This document shows, piece by piece, positions 50,168-61,902 of a stretch of DNA of 64,000 nucleotides. This stretch comes from a bacterium. GTDB lineage: Bacteria; UBA8248; JACPRG01; G963555815. The stretch is taken from positions 96,001-160,000 of the forward strand of contig CBDHDG010000006.1 in the NCBI GenBank assembly GCA_965261595.1, read 5' to 3'. A program made the position numbers and the translations under genes. A model generated the notes under the pieces. That model was given only the letters and a program-made list of their open reading frames with translations. It was not told the DNA's origin and did no database searches. Positions within the stretch are counted from its first letter, which is position 1. Each line of letters starts with the position of its first letter.

Positions 50168-51556
50168 TTACCTGGGCAGATGAACCCGGAATCTCGTGTC
50201 GCCGGGCTCGGAGTGGACCAGGATGTCTCCTTTGTGCGTCTCCCGGACGACCCGGTGAACGGTCTGCAAGCCGAGGCCCATGCCTTTGCCCATCTCTTTC
50301 GTCGTGAAGAACGGATCAAAAATCTTGGATTTGAGATCCTCCGGGATTCCGGGTCCGTCGTCGGCGATCTCCACGGTTGTCGCGTGGGGCTCCTGAAGCG
50401 TCCGAACCCGGATCGTCCCTCCGCCCGGGCCGATGGCGTTGATGGCGTTGTCGATCAGATTCGTCCACACCTGGTTGAGCTCGGGGCCGTTCGCCTCGAT
50501 GCTCTCCATGTCCGGCTCATACTCGCGGATGACTTCGACGTGGTGTTCTTTCAATTTGTAATTCAGGATGGTGAGCGTATCGTCCAGACCCTTGTGTACG
50601 TCCACCCGCTGAAATTGTGCCTGATCCATGAAGGAAAAGGATTTGATGGTTTGGACGATTTCCGAGATGCGCTGCGCCGCTTTGTTCACGTCCTGGACGA
50701 GCTCGTTGGCGGCCAGGGATCGCTCCAGCCATGTGAAGACGTTTTGATGAGTTTCCGCCGGCAAGGAGTCGGCCAGGATCCCCAGTCGCTCGACGGTGAG
50801 TCCCGCCTGTGCAAAGGTCGGCGCCAGCTTCCAGGCATCGGCAAAATCGTGTTCTTCCAGCCAGTCGTTGATTTCGTCTTCCCGATCGCTGTCGCCCAGC
50901 GGATCGTGCTCCCTGGAGGCATAGGCCGTGGCGGCCTCCTCAAAGAGGTCATGGAGCCCTTCGACCTGATGGACCGTCAGGGGCATACGCGCCAGCGCCC
51001 GGAGGTTCCGTCGGGCCGCATCCAAAACCTCTGTCAGCTCCTGGGTCGCCCGCTGAGCGGCGGCTGACGGGTTGTTCAGATCGTGCGCAAGGCCAGCGGA
51101 AAATTTTCCCAGGGCGGCCATCTTCTCCTGATTTTGCGCATAGGACGCCGCATCCTGAAAGCGGGCAGCGATGATTTTCAAAAGTTTGGCGAGGACCGGC
51201 CGGCAGTGGATGATCATCTGGTGAAACGATTCCCCACTGAGCCGCAGGACCTTTGTGGGTTGATTCGCACGGCCGGTCCCGGCATTCGGCTCGTTCGTCA
51301 GGAGGGGGATCTCGCCGGCGCAGGCGCCGGGCACGTCCAATCGACCGACAAAACGCTCTTGTTCGGCGCTTCGCCGGACGAAATCGATTTCGCCTTCGAC
51401 CAAGACGAGAAATTCTTCGCTGATAACGCCTTCTTCAAAGACCGTTTCGCCCGGTTCGTACACAACCTCGCCGCAATGCGTCGCGATCCAGTCCACCTGC
51501 TCGGTGCTCAGGTCTTCAAACAGCGGGTAGCTTTTCAGGAGCGCTTTGACATCCAT
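50168..51556 (-). CDS. cNMP-binding domain histidine kinase
   Basis: PLFEDLS...GETVFEEG...[34 protein letters not shown]. Confidence 0.93.
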   Translation of the reverse strand: MDVKALLKSYPLFEDLSTEQVDWIATHCGEVVYEPGETVFEEGVISEEFLVLVEGEIDFVRRSAEQERFVGRLDVPGACAGEIPLLTNEPNAGTGRANQPTKVLRLSGESFHQMIIHCRPVLAKLLKIIAARFQDAASYAQNQEKMAALGKFSAGLAHDLNNPSAAAQRATQELTEVLDAARRNLRALARMPLTVHQVEGLHDLFEEAATAYASREHDPLGDSDREDEINDWLEEHDFADAWKLAPTFAQAGLTVERLGILADSLPAETHQNVFTWLERSLAANELVQDVNKAAQRISEIVQTIKSFSFMDQAQFQRVDVHKGLDDTLTILNYKLKEHHVEVIREYEPDMESIEANGPELNQVWTNLIDNAINAIGPGGGTIRVRTLQEPHATTVEIADDGPGIPEDLKSKIFDPFFTTKEMGKGMGLGLQTVHRVVRETHKGDILVHSEPGDTRFRVHLPR

Positions 51557-51620
51557 GGAGGGACCCCGCGGGCATGGCCGGCCGAATCATCGCAAGGGGA
51601 GGAGAGACGGCGGCCGCCGA

Positions 51621-53280
51621 TTACAAGGAGGCCAGATACCGGTGCATAAAATGCACGGCCATCGACCCCTCCCCGACGGCCGAGGCGATTCGCTTGATGG
51701 AGCTGTGCCGGACGTCCCCCGCCGCGAAGATGCCCGGAACGTTGGTTTCAAAAAAATAGGGATCGCGCTCGAGGGGCCAGCCCTTCAGGTGTTCAGGGGT
51801 GTCGAGGTTATGGCCGGTCAGGATGAAGCCGTGCTCGTCCCGGGCGATGATTCCCTCCAGCCATTCGGTCTTCGGCTCCGCCCCGATGAAGATGAACAGC
51901 CCATGGGTCGAGACCTCCCCGGTCTCCTCCGTCCGGTTGTCGATCAGCGTCAGCCCCTCCAGCCGGCCCGTCCCGTGACATTCCCGGGCCTCGGTATGCA
52001 GGCGCATCTCGATATTTTCCGTGGCCTCGAGCTGCTCGACCAGGTAATGGGACATCTTCTGCGCGATGGAGTCGCCCCGGATCAGCATGATGACCTTTTG
52101 GGCGTATTTCGAAAAATGCATCGCCGCCTGTCCCGCCGAGTTGCTCGCGCCGATCATGTAGACTTCCTCGCCCTCGCACTCGATGGCCTCGATCAGGGCC
52201 GCGCCGTAGTAGACGCCGCTGCCGATCAGCGAATCCGCCCCCTTCGCGGGAGGCCTGCGCCACGACACCCCGGTCGAAATCATCAGGACGTGGCACGCCA
52301 GCTCGTCCCCGGTCGAGAACTTCAGCTTCTTGTAGGGGCCCTCCAGACTGACGGCGACGACCTCCTGGGGGGTCAGCATCTCGACGCCGAACTTCTGCGT
52401 CTGCGCCAGGCCCCGGCGGGCCAATTCACCCCCCGAAAGTGCCGGTGGGAAAACCCAGGTAGTTTTCGATCTGGCTTGTCGTCCCCGCTTGGCCGCCCGG
52501 CGCCTCGCGCTCGACGACGACCGTCCGCAACCCCTCGGACGCCCCGTAGACGGCCGAGGCCAGCCCGGCGGGTCCGGCGCCGACGATGACGAGATCGTAA
52601 AAGTCCTCTTTCGCCTGCTGCTGGAGCCCGAGATGCTCGGCCACCTCGGAGGTGGCGGGCGCGCTCAGCTTCTTGCCGTCGGGGAAGATGACCAGCGGCA
52701 GGTTGGCGGCGTCGCCGTTGGAGCGCGCCGCAATCTCGCGGGCCTCCTCGGAGGCTTCGATGTCCAGAAACTCGTAAGGGACCTGGTTGCGCGACAGGAA
52801 ATCCTTGATCCGGAACAATTGGGGGGACCACCGGTTTCCGATGACGCGCAGCTCCTCGAAGCCGGGCCGGTAGGAGGCGTGCCAGTCGAGGAGCAGGTCA
52901 TCGATGACCGGGTAGAGCTTTTCCTCGGGCGGGTCCCAGGGCTTCATCAGGTAGTAATCGATCCGGGCCGAGTTGATGGCTCGGATGGCGGCCTCGGTGT
53001 CCGCGTAGGCGGTGAGAAGCACCCGCTTGGTCTTCGAAAAGAGCGCGGTGACCTCCTCGAGGAACTCCACGCCGGCCATCTTCGGCATGCGCTGGTCGGA
53101 GATCACGAGGGCGATGGGATCGCCCCGCTCCTGGAGCTGATGGAGGACTTCGACGCCGACCTGGCCCGAATCGGCCCGAATGACCCGGTAGTCCTTGCCG
53201 TAGCGGTTCCGCAGGTCTCGCGAGATCGCGGCCAGCACTTCCGGTTCGTCATCCACAGTCAGGATTACAGGTTTTGCCAT
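51621..53280 (-). CDS. Receiver domain-thioredoxin reductase (TrxB-like) fusion; +1 frameshift at ~52435
   Basis: VDDEP/SDQRMP/KPW (REC); GAGPAGL, IENYLGFP, GVYYGAA, FAAGDVR. Removing one base gives G(I/T)SGGELARRG. Confidence 0.88.
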
Positions 53281-53419
53281 GGCTTCCTCGTCAGTGGGTT
53301 CATCGGCCGGGTGAGACCGAATTTCGGAGCCGGGTTATTGTACAGGAAGCGCGCCCCTTCCCTCAGCCAAAGGGGATGGTTTTTATGAGAAGACCGCCGC
53401 GTCGGACCTTCGGTCCGGG

Positions 53420-55766
53420 TTATGTCCCTTCCCTCTTGGGCGCCGGGCGGTCCGGCGGTTTCGCGGCCGCTGGCTCCTCCCGCCGAAATTCCGTCCGGAG
53501 CTTCTCGGGCGTGATGGGCAGCGAGGTGATCCGCACCCCGGTGGCGTCGTAGACGGCGTTCGCCACCGCCGCGGCCGCCGGATCGATGGAGGTCTCCGCC
53601 GCCGCCTTGGCGCCGAAAGGCCCGAGCTTCTCATCGCTTTCGACGGTGATCGTCTGGATCGCCGGCGTCCCCTCCGCCTTGGGCAGGGTGTAGTCGGCGA
53701 AGTTCCCGTTGACGATCCGGCCGTTATCCATGACCAGGTTCTCGTACAGGGCGAAGCCCAGCCCCTGAACCAGGCCGCCCTGAGACTGCGCATGGGTGAC
53801 CAGGGGGTTGACTGCGATCCCGATGTCGTCGGCGGTCGTGACCCGGCGCACATCGATCCCGCCGGTCTCCATGTCCACCTCCACCTCGGCCACCGCCGCC
53901 GAGAAGGTGTAGCCCATGCCGACGTTGCCGTATCCGGTCTCGGGGTGGGGCATCTCGGTCTCCGCGTCATAACTCGCGAAGGCGACGAGGGGCGCTCCCC
54001 CCTGCGCCTCCTGCGCCGCGGCCGCGACCCGCTCCATGGGGGCGCTGCGTCCGGACGCCCCTTTCACGGAAAACACCCCGCCGGCCGCCTCCAGGTCCGC
54101 CGGGTCCGCCTCGAGGAGCCCCCCCGCCGCGCGGTCCAGCCGCTCCCTCAACATGCCGGCCGCCTTCCGGACCGTGTTGCCTGAGATCATCGTGAGCCGG
54201 CTGGCGCTGGCCCCGCCCGCCGGCGGCGTGAGGTCGGTGTCCGCCGCCGAGACGTCCACATCGGAAACCTTCAGGCCGAGGGTCTCGGCGCAGACCTGCG
54301 CCAACATCGTTTTCGTCCCCTGGCCGATGTCGCCTTCACCCGTGAGGATCGCGGCCCGGCCGTCGGGGTTGAGCCGGATCAGCGCCGTGGCGCCGTCCCA
54401 AGGCCCCCGCCGGCTTCCGCTGACGTGGATGGCGCAGGCCAAGCCGAGACCGCGCCGACGCTTTCCCGCACCCCCCCCCTTCTCTCCCCCGGTCCCGCCG
54501 ACGGCCGGCCCACCCGGCGGCTTCCGTCGCCCGTTCGATACACGTCCGCAGGGCGCACGAGCCGATCTTCCATCCGTGCACGCTCACCTCGTTGGAAGAA
54601 ACAGCGTTGACCAAACGGATTTCGGCGGGATCGAGACCGAGACTTTCGGCCAGATGGTCCAGACAGGAATCCATGGCGAAAACCATCTAGGGGATCCCGA
54701 ACCCCCGAAAGGCGCCGGTCGGCGGATTGTTGGTGTAGGCCAGGCGGGCGCGGACGCTCAGAACCCGGTTCCGGTAGCAGCTGTCGGCCCGAATGGCGGT
54801 CGCCTCCATGATCCGGATCGACCAGCCCACGTTCGCCCCGGCGTCGGCCAGGATGTCGGAGATCTTGGCCAGGATTCGCCCTTGGCGGTCGACGGCGACC
54901 TTGAGGCGGATTCGCATGGGGACGCGGGGCCGGCCGCCGCCCTGGAACTCGTCCAGCCGGCTGTTGATCAGGCGCACGGGCCGGCCGGTCTCAACGGACA
55001 GCAGGGCGCTGAGCATGGCGTTGGGCTCGTCGCACCACTTCCCGCCGAAGGCGCCCCCGACGTGGGGCTGGATGATCCGCACCCTGGATTCGGACAGCCC
55101 CAGGGCCAGGGCGACGCGCATGCGGGAGAAGAAAACGCCCTGGGTCGAGGTCCAGACCGTCACCTTGCCGCCGGGCTCCACCTCGGCCAGACTGCCGATG
55201 GGCTCGGTGTAGCCGGGGTGTTGGAGGGAGGTTCGGTAGGTCTCCTCATGGACGGCGGCGGCCCGGTCCAGGCCGGATTCCGTGTTGCCGTAGGCGACGG
55301 CGAAGGTCCACGCGCAGTTGTCCGGATGCTCGTCATGAAGGGCCGGCGCGCCGGGCCGCAGGGATTCCTCGGGAGAGAAGACCTCGGGCAGGGGGTCGTA
55401 ATCGACCCGGATCTCCTCGAGGGCGTCCAGCGCGGCGGCCTCGTCCACCGCGGCGACGGCCACCACATCTTCGCCGATGAACCGGACCTTGCCCATGGCC
55501 AGGGCCGTCTGGTCCAGGGTCTCGAACCCCCACCGGACCTGGGGGATGTCCGCGCCGGTCAGGACGGCCTTGACGCCGGGCAGTCGGCGCGCACGCTCGG
55601 CGTCGATCGAGTGGATGCGGGCGTGGGCGATGGGGCTTCTCAGAACCTTGGCGTGGAGCATCCCCGGCAGCTTGAGGTCCGCGACGTACCGGGCCCGGCC
55701 CACGACCTTCTCGGGCGAGTCGATGAGGGGGGTGGGCCGGCCGATGACGTGGTAGGGTTTGGGCAT
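53420..55766 (-). pseudogene. Second xanthine dehydrogenase-family Mo subunit, with an in-frame TAG (54687-54689) and a G-run frameshift (~54475)
   Basis: LRSPIAHARI, GGAFGGK, AFRGFGIP*MVFA (the stop replaces the conserved Gln), GPFGAK. Confidence 0.85.
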
Positions 55767-55963
55767 GTCGTTCTCACTGAGCACAAGTTGCCGGCAAAAG
55801 TTCCGGAATTCCGAGATCCATCGAACGGATCGGTTGGGGGCGAAATGCCGGGCCTCCCCCTACCCGATCGGCCCGTATTTCTCACAACGATTCTGTGACA
55901 GGCCCGTGTATGATCGGCCATTGGATTGCCGGCCGCCCCCTCCTCAAGGACAGGACGCACCCC

Positions 55964-57354
55964 GTGGCCAAGGACCTCCGCACCTAACCTGAAGCAGCTT
56001 CACGATCAGGCCCCGGAGGAGCTCCGGCGGGTCTCGCGGGAGGTCTCCCACGAGTACGAGCCCATCGCCCTCACCACGAAGATGGACCGGGAGGGAATCT
56101 TTCCCGCCGTCCTCTTCGAGCGGGTGAAGGGGTATGAGTTCCCCGTCATCGTCAACCTGCTCACCAACCGCAGGAAGCTCGCCGTCGCCCTGGACACGAC
56201 GGAGGACCGCGTCGCGGAAGTCCTGGCGTCGCGGGAGGTGAACTGGATCCCCCCCCCGGCGCGTCGACACCGGCCCGGTCAAGGACGTGATCTATGTCGG
56301 CGACGAAGCCGACCTGGGCCGCCTCCCCATCATTCTGCATTACGAGCGCAACGACGCGCCCTACGTCACGATGGGCGTTCTCGTGGCCAAAGGCCCCGAG
56401 ACGGGGGCGTTCAACCTGGGGCTTTACCGGAACAAGCTCATCAGCCGCAACCGGCTGGGCGTTTATTATAGCTGGGGCAAGCGCCTTCAGTACATGCACC
56501 TCAAGGCCGAGGCCCGGAACGAGCCGCTGGAATGCGCCCTCGTGATCGGGATGCACCCGGCCCTGCACATGGCCTCCCAATCCCAGATCACCCGGAAGGA
56601 CGGCTCGGACGAGTACGAGGTGGCGGGGGGAATCCTGGGCGAGGCGGTCGAGGTGGTCCGCTGCGAGACGGTGGACGTGGACGTGCCCGCCCACGCCGAG
56701 ATCGTCATCGAGGGGCGGCTCCTGCCCCACGTCCGGCAGCGCGAAGGCCCCTTCGGGGAATACCACCGGTACTACGGCCAGATCGTGGACGCCCCGGAGT
56801 TCGAGGTGACGGCCATCACCCACCGCCGGGACGCCATCTACCACAACCTCGGCCAGTACGTGGAGCAGGTCATCCTGGGGGGAATCCCCAACGAGGGGCA
56901 CCTGCTGCGGGAGCTTCGGAAGTTCGTCCCCTCTGTCCGGGCCGTCCGGGTCCCCCTCTCGGGGGTGCTGCTCCACGCCTACATTCAGATGGAGAAGGTC
57001 AACGAGGGGGACGCCAAAAACGTCCTCATGGGCGCCCTCACCCGGACGCCCTGGATCAAGCACGCCTTCGCCTTCGACCCGGATATCGACATCACCGATG
57101 ACGACGAGGTTCTCTGGGCGCTCTCGACCCGCGTCGTTCCGGACCGGGACATCTTTTTTGTCCCGGGCGCGCGCGGAAACCGGCTCGACCCGACGACGTA
57201 TGTCCTCACCCGCCTCGCGCGGGACGGGATAGTCACGAAGATGGGCGTCGACGCCACGGTTCCCATCGGGTATGAAGACCCGTTTCCCCGAAGGGCGAGG
57301 ATTCCCGGGGTTGAGGGTCTACGGCTGGAGGAATATTTGACGGGACGGGAGTGA
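55964..57354 (+). pseudogene. UbiD family (de)carboxylase with two frameshifts (~55986 and C run ~56250)
   Basis: MAKDLRT[Y]LKQL..., ADLGRLP, NLGLYR, VPAHAEIVIEG, EGPFGEY, KMGVDAT. Confidence 0.85.
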
Positions 57355-57455
57355 AGGAAGGAGGCCCGTCCTCATCGAGACCGGCCGGCCCGTCCGCCGG
57401 GGAGCCAAGGGGGGATATCGGCCCGGACCCCATTTCCCCCTTCCAACCCGCTCTA

Positions 57456-58214
57456 TCAATTCATGTGAGACCCGCCGTCCACCGGAAGGGTCTGGCCCGT
57501 GATGAAGTCGGCCCCGTCGGAGAGGAAGAACACAATCGCCCCGACCAGGTCCTCCGGAACCTGGCTGCGGGGGATGGCGCGAACCTTGATCTGCATCTCG
57601 TCTTCAGCGTCGATCACGTCGGCCCGGGCTTCGAGGATGCTCTCGCTGCGGGTCAGGCCGGGGGCGACGCAGTTCACGCGGACGCCCTCCTTCCCCAGTG
57701 TCCGGGCCATGACGCGGGTCAGCGTTATCACGGCCCCCTTGGACACGACGTAATGGGGGGTCTTCGGCGTCCCCTTGAAGGGGGCGCCGGAGGCGATGTT
57801 GACGATCTTTCCCGCCCCCTGGTCTTTCATATAGGGATAGACGGCCTTCGTCATCAGCCACATGCCCTTGACGTTGATCTCGAAGACGCGGTCCCATTCC
57901 GCTTCGTCGATCTGATCGAAGGGCACGTATTTCAAATCGGCATAGAGGGCGGCATTGTTCACCAACCCGTCAATGCGGCCGTAAGCCCCGTGAGCGGCCT
58001 TCGCCAATTCTTCCGTGCTTTGGCCGCTGGACACGTCGCAGTGGACGAATGTGGCGTCTCCTCCGGCTTTCCGGATCTCTTCCACTGTCTCCCGGCCGTC
58101 GCGGATGTCGGAGACGACGACCTTCCCCCCCTCGGCGGCGATCCCTCCGGCGTAAACCCTGCCGATCCCCCGGGCCCCGCCGGTCACGATGACTACTTTG
58201 TCCTCAAGCAGCAC
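57456..58214 (-). CDS. SDR oxidoreductase
   Basis: VTGGARGIG, NNAA, YVVSKG, ITGQTLPVDGG. Confidence 0.92.
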   Translation of the reverse strand: MLLEDKVVIVTGGARGIGRVYAGGIAAEGGKVVVSDIRDGRETVEEIRKAGGDATFVHCDVSSGQSTEELAKAAHGAYGRIDGLVNNAALYADLKYVPFDQIDEAEWDRVFEINVKGMWLMTKAVYPYMKDQGAGKIVNIASGAPFKGTPKTPHYVVSKGAVITLTRVMARTLGKEGVRVNCVAPGLTRSESILEARADVIDAEDEMQIKVRAIPRSQVPEDLVGAIVFFLSDGADFITGQTLPVDGGSHMN

Positions 58215-58252
58215 GTGTATCCCCTTTCACTTGGTAGAGAACAAAATCATTA

Positions 58253-58579
58253 CCAGGGGGGGCTTTTTTGAAAAACCGCCCCCCCCTGGACCCCCCCTGA
58301 AAAACTTTTGGCGGCCGACGCTTCGCTTGGCCTTTTCGCGGGTGGAATTGTTCGAATAAGCGAGGCCTTGGGGCGCGCCGACTCTACAACCAAAGGCTCA
58401 AACCTTCCGATTACCGGGAAAAAACCGGCCCATTGTTCAAATACGAGAACCCCTCTCCGGCTACAAACAAACTCCTTTGCCAAACAATCATCCACCCCGG
58501 AAAGGCCAAGCCTCCGGCTTGGCCACAAAAAGTTTTCGAGGGGGGTCTGGGGGGACAGTTTTCAAAATGTCCCCCCAGG
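58253..58579. mobile_element. MITE-like element with ~90-bp imperfect terminal inverted repeats
   Basis: The reverse complement of 58253-58346 aligns with 58491-58579; the core is non-coding. Confidence 0.65.
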
Positions 58580-58603
58580 GCTCTGTATCCTGATACAAAT
58601 CCG

Positions 58604-59365
58604 TTAAATCATATGACCGCCGCCTTCCACCAGGAGGGTTTGTCCCGTGATGAAATCGGCGCCGTCGGAGAGAAAGAAGACAATCGCCCCGACCAGGTCT
58701 TCGGGGACCTGGCCGCGCTGGATGGCCCGGCCCGCGATCTGCTCCGCCTCGTCGGCATCCATGAGCGCGGCCCCCCGGGCGGCCAGAACGCTGTCGCTCC
58801 GCGTCAGGCCGGGGGTCACACAGTTCACGCAGATGCCCTCCTTGCCCACCGTCCGGGCGAGGGACCGGGTCAGGGCCCCGACGGCCCCCTTGGAGGCGAC
58901 GTAATGGTACATCTTCGGCGTGCCCTTGAACGGGGTGCTCGAGCCGATGTTGATGATCTTCCCCGAGCCCCGCGCTTTCATGTAGGGATAGACGGCCTTC
59001 GTCATCTGCCACGTCCCTTTCACGTTGACGGCGAAGACGCGGTCCCATTCCTCTTCGTCGATCTCGTCGAACGGCACATACTTGAGCTCGGCGTGGAACG
59101 CGGCGTTGTTGACCAACCCGTCGATGCGGCCATATTGCTCGTGGGCGGCCTTCGCCACGGCGATGGTGTTGTCATTCACAGACACGTCGGCCTGAACGAA
59201 CACGGCATCGCCGCCCGCCCCCCGGATCTCTTCGGCCGCCGCCTCTCCATCGCGGAGGTCGGAGAGAACGACCTTGGCCCCCTGGGCGGCAATCCCGGCG
59301 GCGAGCACCTTGCCGATCCCACGCGCGGCGCCGGTGACGATGATAACCTTATCTTTAAGAAGCAT
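58604..59365 (-). CDS. SDR oxidoreductase, tandem paralogue of 57456-58214
   Basis: VTGAARGIG, NNAA, YVASKG; shares long identical peptide runs with its neighbour. Confidence 0.92.
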   Translation of the reverse strand: MLLKDKVIIVTGAARGIGKVLAAGIAAQGAKVVLSDLRDGEAAAEEIRGAGGDAVFVQADVSVNDNTIAVAKAAHEQYGRIDGLVNNAAFHAELKYVPFDEIDEEEWDRVFAVNVKGTWQMTKAVYPYMKARGSGKIINIGSSTPFKGTPKMYHYVASKGAVGALTRSLARTVGKEGICVNCVTPGLTRSDSVLAARGAALMDADEAEQIAGRAIQRGQVPEDLVGAIVFFLSDGADFITGQTLLVEGGGHMI

Positions 59366-59476
59366 CTCCGCTGTCTCCGTTTTTCAACCGGAATCCGAAA
59401 CACCCGATCCGGAACCTTCGATCAGGCCGAAATCCAGGGTCATCCAATCCCTGTTCCACCCGACGACCCCGCACCC

Positions 59477-59674
59477 TCATCCCGTCTTCGGCACATACTT
59501 CCCCGTTTCCACTTCCCGTCCGAGGCGGTCGTCCTCGCGAAGCTTTCCCCAGGCCCGCAGGAGGTCCCGGTACTTGACGTCCGCGAACCGGATGAGAATG
59601 TCCTCGAAATGCGCCGGGCCCTCCCCCAGAAAGGCCAGGATTCGATCCGCCAGCTCTTGCGTCGATCCGCTCAT
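59477..59674 (-). CDS. Small hypothetical protein (65 aa, possibly winged-helix-like)
   Basis: GGAGGA RBS before the ATG; protein-like composition. Confidence 0.6.
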   Translation of the reverse strand: MSGSTQELADRILAFLGEGPAHFEDILIRFADVKYRDLLRAWGKLREDDRLGREVETGKYVPKTG

Positions 59675-60019
59675 ATTTCCTCCCCGTCCGGCCGAGAAAA
59701 CCGAACCATGAATCCGCCGATTCGAAAAGCTTCCGATTCGGAAATGGGTTGGATTCCGTCAAACCGTTCAGTCAGAAACCGATCGGGATTATATCGCAAC
59801 CGGGGCGGGAGGACATCCCGCCCCCCCGGAAAAAGGGTCGGTTGACAGGCGCGCCGCCAACAAGGTGTAATTGGATTCGGGCAGTCGCAAATCAGCCGTT
59901 TTTCCCGTCTGAAGGTGAAGTGGGAAATTCGAGTGCTTGCCCCATTCGCAGCCGGAACCGCGCTTGGGGAAAGACACCCAGCGGGATGAGGTGAATCTTC
60001 GATCTTGGAGGAAGACACG

Positions 60020-61030
60020 ATGAAACGAATCGGACGAAACCTGGTGGTCAGTGTCGCGGTATTGGCCCTGGCCTTCATTTTCGGCGGGACCGGACCGGCC
60101 GCCGCCGCGCCCATCAAGCTTACGATGGTCGGCTCCTGGCCGCCTAAAATCTCCTCCGCGGCGGATGTGGGCATTCGGTTTTTGGAAGAGGTGAATCGGC
60201 GCGGCAAGGGAAAAGTGGTTATCCAGTTCAAGGGCGCCAAGGAAGTCGTGCCCACGTTCGACCAGCCGGAGGCGCTGGTGAAGGGCGTGTTCGACGTCTG
60301 GTACGGCGCCCCGAACTACTGGGCGGGCGTCGTCCCCGCCGGCTACGTCACGGAGCTCTCGCCTTTTCCCGTTCCGGACAACGGACCCGGCAGCGCGCTG
60401 TTCAACTTCATGGTCAAGATGTACGAGAAAAAGGGCGTCCGCTACCTGGGGCACTTCTCGGGCGACCCGGGCACCGGCAACCATTTCATGTACACCCAGA
60501 AATCGCTGTCGAGCATTGCCGACCTGAAGGGCAGAAAGATCAGGGTGCCCCCGCTGACCCGATTCGTCATCAAAGCGGTTGGCGCCGAGCCCGTCACCCT
60601 GCCCCCGTCCGAAGTGGGGCTCGCCCTGCAGCGCGGCACGGTGGAAGGCTTCACCTGGCCCTTCTATGACGGCTTCACCGCCTTCGGCTGGCACAAGGTG
60701 TCGAAATACATCATCCTTCACCCGCTCTATCGGGATGGCATCGGCATCAACATGAATCTGCGGAAGTGGAACAGTCTGCCCAAGGATGTTCAACAGATCA
60801 TCCTGGATTCCGTACGGGTGATCCAGGTCTGGTCTCAGGGATGGATTTCCGCGTTCCAGAGCACCCAATTGTCCGCCATGAAGAAGGCCGGCATGAAGGT
60901 CATCAAATTCTCGAAGGCCGAGGCCGCGCGCTGGGCCAAGACCTCCAATGACGCCCTGTGGGCGAATTTCAAGAAAGCCATGAGCGCGGCCGATTACGCC
61001 GAGGTCAGGAGGTTGATGAACTACAAATAA
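60020..61030 (+). CDS. dctP: TRAP transporter substrate-binding protein
   Basis: Signal peptide; DLKGRKIRVP, ALQRGTVEG, MNLRKWNSLPKD. Confidence 0.92.
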   Translation: MKRIGRNLVVSVAVLALAFIFGGTGPAAAAPIKLTMVGSWPPKISSAADVGIRFLEEVNRRGKGKVVIQFKGAKEVVPTFDQPEALVKGVFDVWYGAPNYWAGVVPAGYVTELSPFPVPDNGPGSALFNFMVKMYEKKGVRYLGHFSGDPGTGNHFMYTQKSLSSIADLKGRKIRVPPLTRFVIKAVGAEPVTLPPSEVGLALQRGTVEGFTWPFYDGFTAFGWHKVSKYIILHPLYRDGIGINMNLRKWNSLPKDVQQIILDSVRVIQVWSQGWISAFQSTQLSAMKKAGMKVIKFSKAEAARWAKTSNDALWANFKKAMSAADYAEVRRLMNYK

Positions 61031-61108
61031 ACTCCCCGGGCCAAGGCTCAATCGCTGACGCCCCGGCCGGCCCGTCCAACCTTCGGACGGGCCGGAACCG
61101 GAATTTCA

Positions 61109-61163
61109 AGGGGGGGAGGCATCGGACCCGCGTCGCTTTCGAGGGGGTCCGGCGCCTCCCCCC
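61109..61163 (+). other. Long GC stem-loop between dctP and dctQ (mRNA stabiliser or attenuator)
   Basis: GGGGGGAGGCATCGGACCC...GGGTCCGGCGCCTCCCCC. Confidence 0.5.
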
Positions 61164-61372
61164 GCTCATCCTCCATCGCCTCATTCGGGGCCGTTCCTCT
61201 CGGCGCCGGGACCCGCTCGGGCGCCCGCCGCATCCAACCCGCTGAAGCCACCGAGGCGCACGCTCACCGGGCAGGGGAGGGGGGAGCCCCTCAGAAAAGC
61301 GCCGATTCCATCCGGGGCCGGCTCCTCCTTGCCATGGGGCGCCCCGCCGGGCCGGAAACAAGAGGTTCCCGC

Positions 61373-61891
61373 ATGACGCCGGGCAAAAAATCGACCCAGG
61401 TCTTCGATTCCATCTTGAATGTCGGCGGGGGATTGGCATGCGGACTGATGGTCACCGTCATGCTGTTGACCTGCGTCAAGGTCTTCTTCAGGTATGTCCT
61501 TCGGGAAGGGCTGCTCGGGGTCGACCAAATCAGCGGCACGTTGCTGCTCTACATCACCTTCCTCGGCTCCGCCTGGGTGCTGAGAAGGGAAGAGCACGTC
61601 ACCATCGACCTCCTGGTGACCCGGCTCAGCCCCAAAGTCCAGCGCTGGCTGAATATCGGCAACTCCATGATCGGCGCGTTGATCTGCCTGATTCTGACCG
61701 GGTACGGAACCATGGAAGTCGTCTATTCCTGGCAGAGGGGGATACTGATTCCGGCCGAGATCGAGATACCCAGGGTCGTCAATCTGGCCGTGATTCCACT
61801 GGGGAGCTTTTTCCTCTGGATCCAGTTCATGAGGCGGGCGCAACGGCATCTCCGCGGAGACGAGGCGGAGCGGATCAACACGAACGAATGA
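61373..61891 (+). CDS. dctQ: TRAP transporter small permease
   Basis: Four TMs; FLGSAWVLRREEHVTIDLL. Confidence 0.9.
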   Translation: MTPGKKSTQVFDSILNVGGGLACGLMVTVMLLTCVKVFFRYVLREGLLGVDQISGTLLLYITFLGSAWVLRREEHVTIDLLVTRLSPKVQRWLNIGNSMIGALICLILTGYGTMEVVYSWQRGILIPAEIEIPRVVNLAVIPLGSFFLWIQFMRRAQRHLRGDEAERINTNE

Positions 61892-61902
61892 GGTGAGCGC
61901 CG

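Noticed and set aside
52426..52428. TGA inside the REC-TrxB gene as a third selenocysteine codon
   Set aside because: The downstream half is in a different frame and the position is not a Cys site; a one-base frameshift explains it.
59870..60010. Riboswitch in the dctP leader
   Set aside because: Some pairing is possible, but no conserved motif of a known riboswitch class was recognised.
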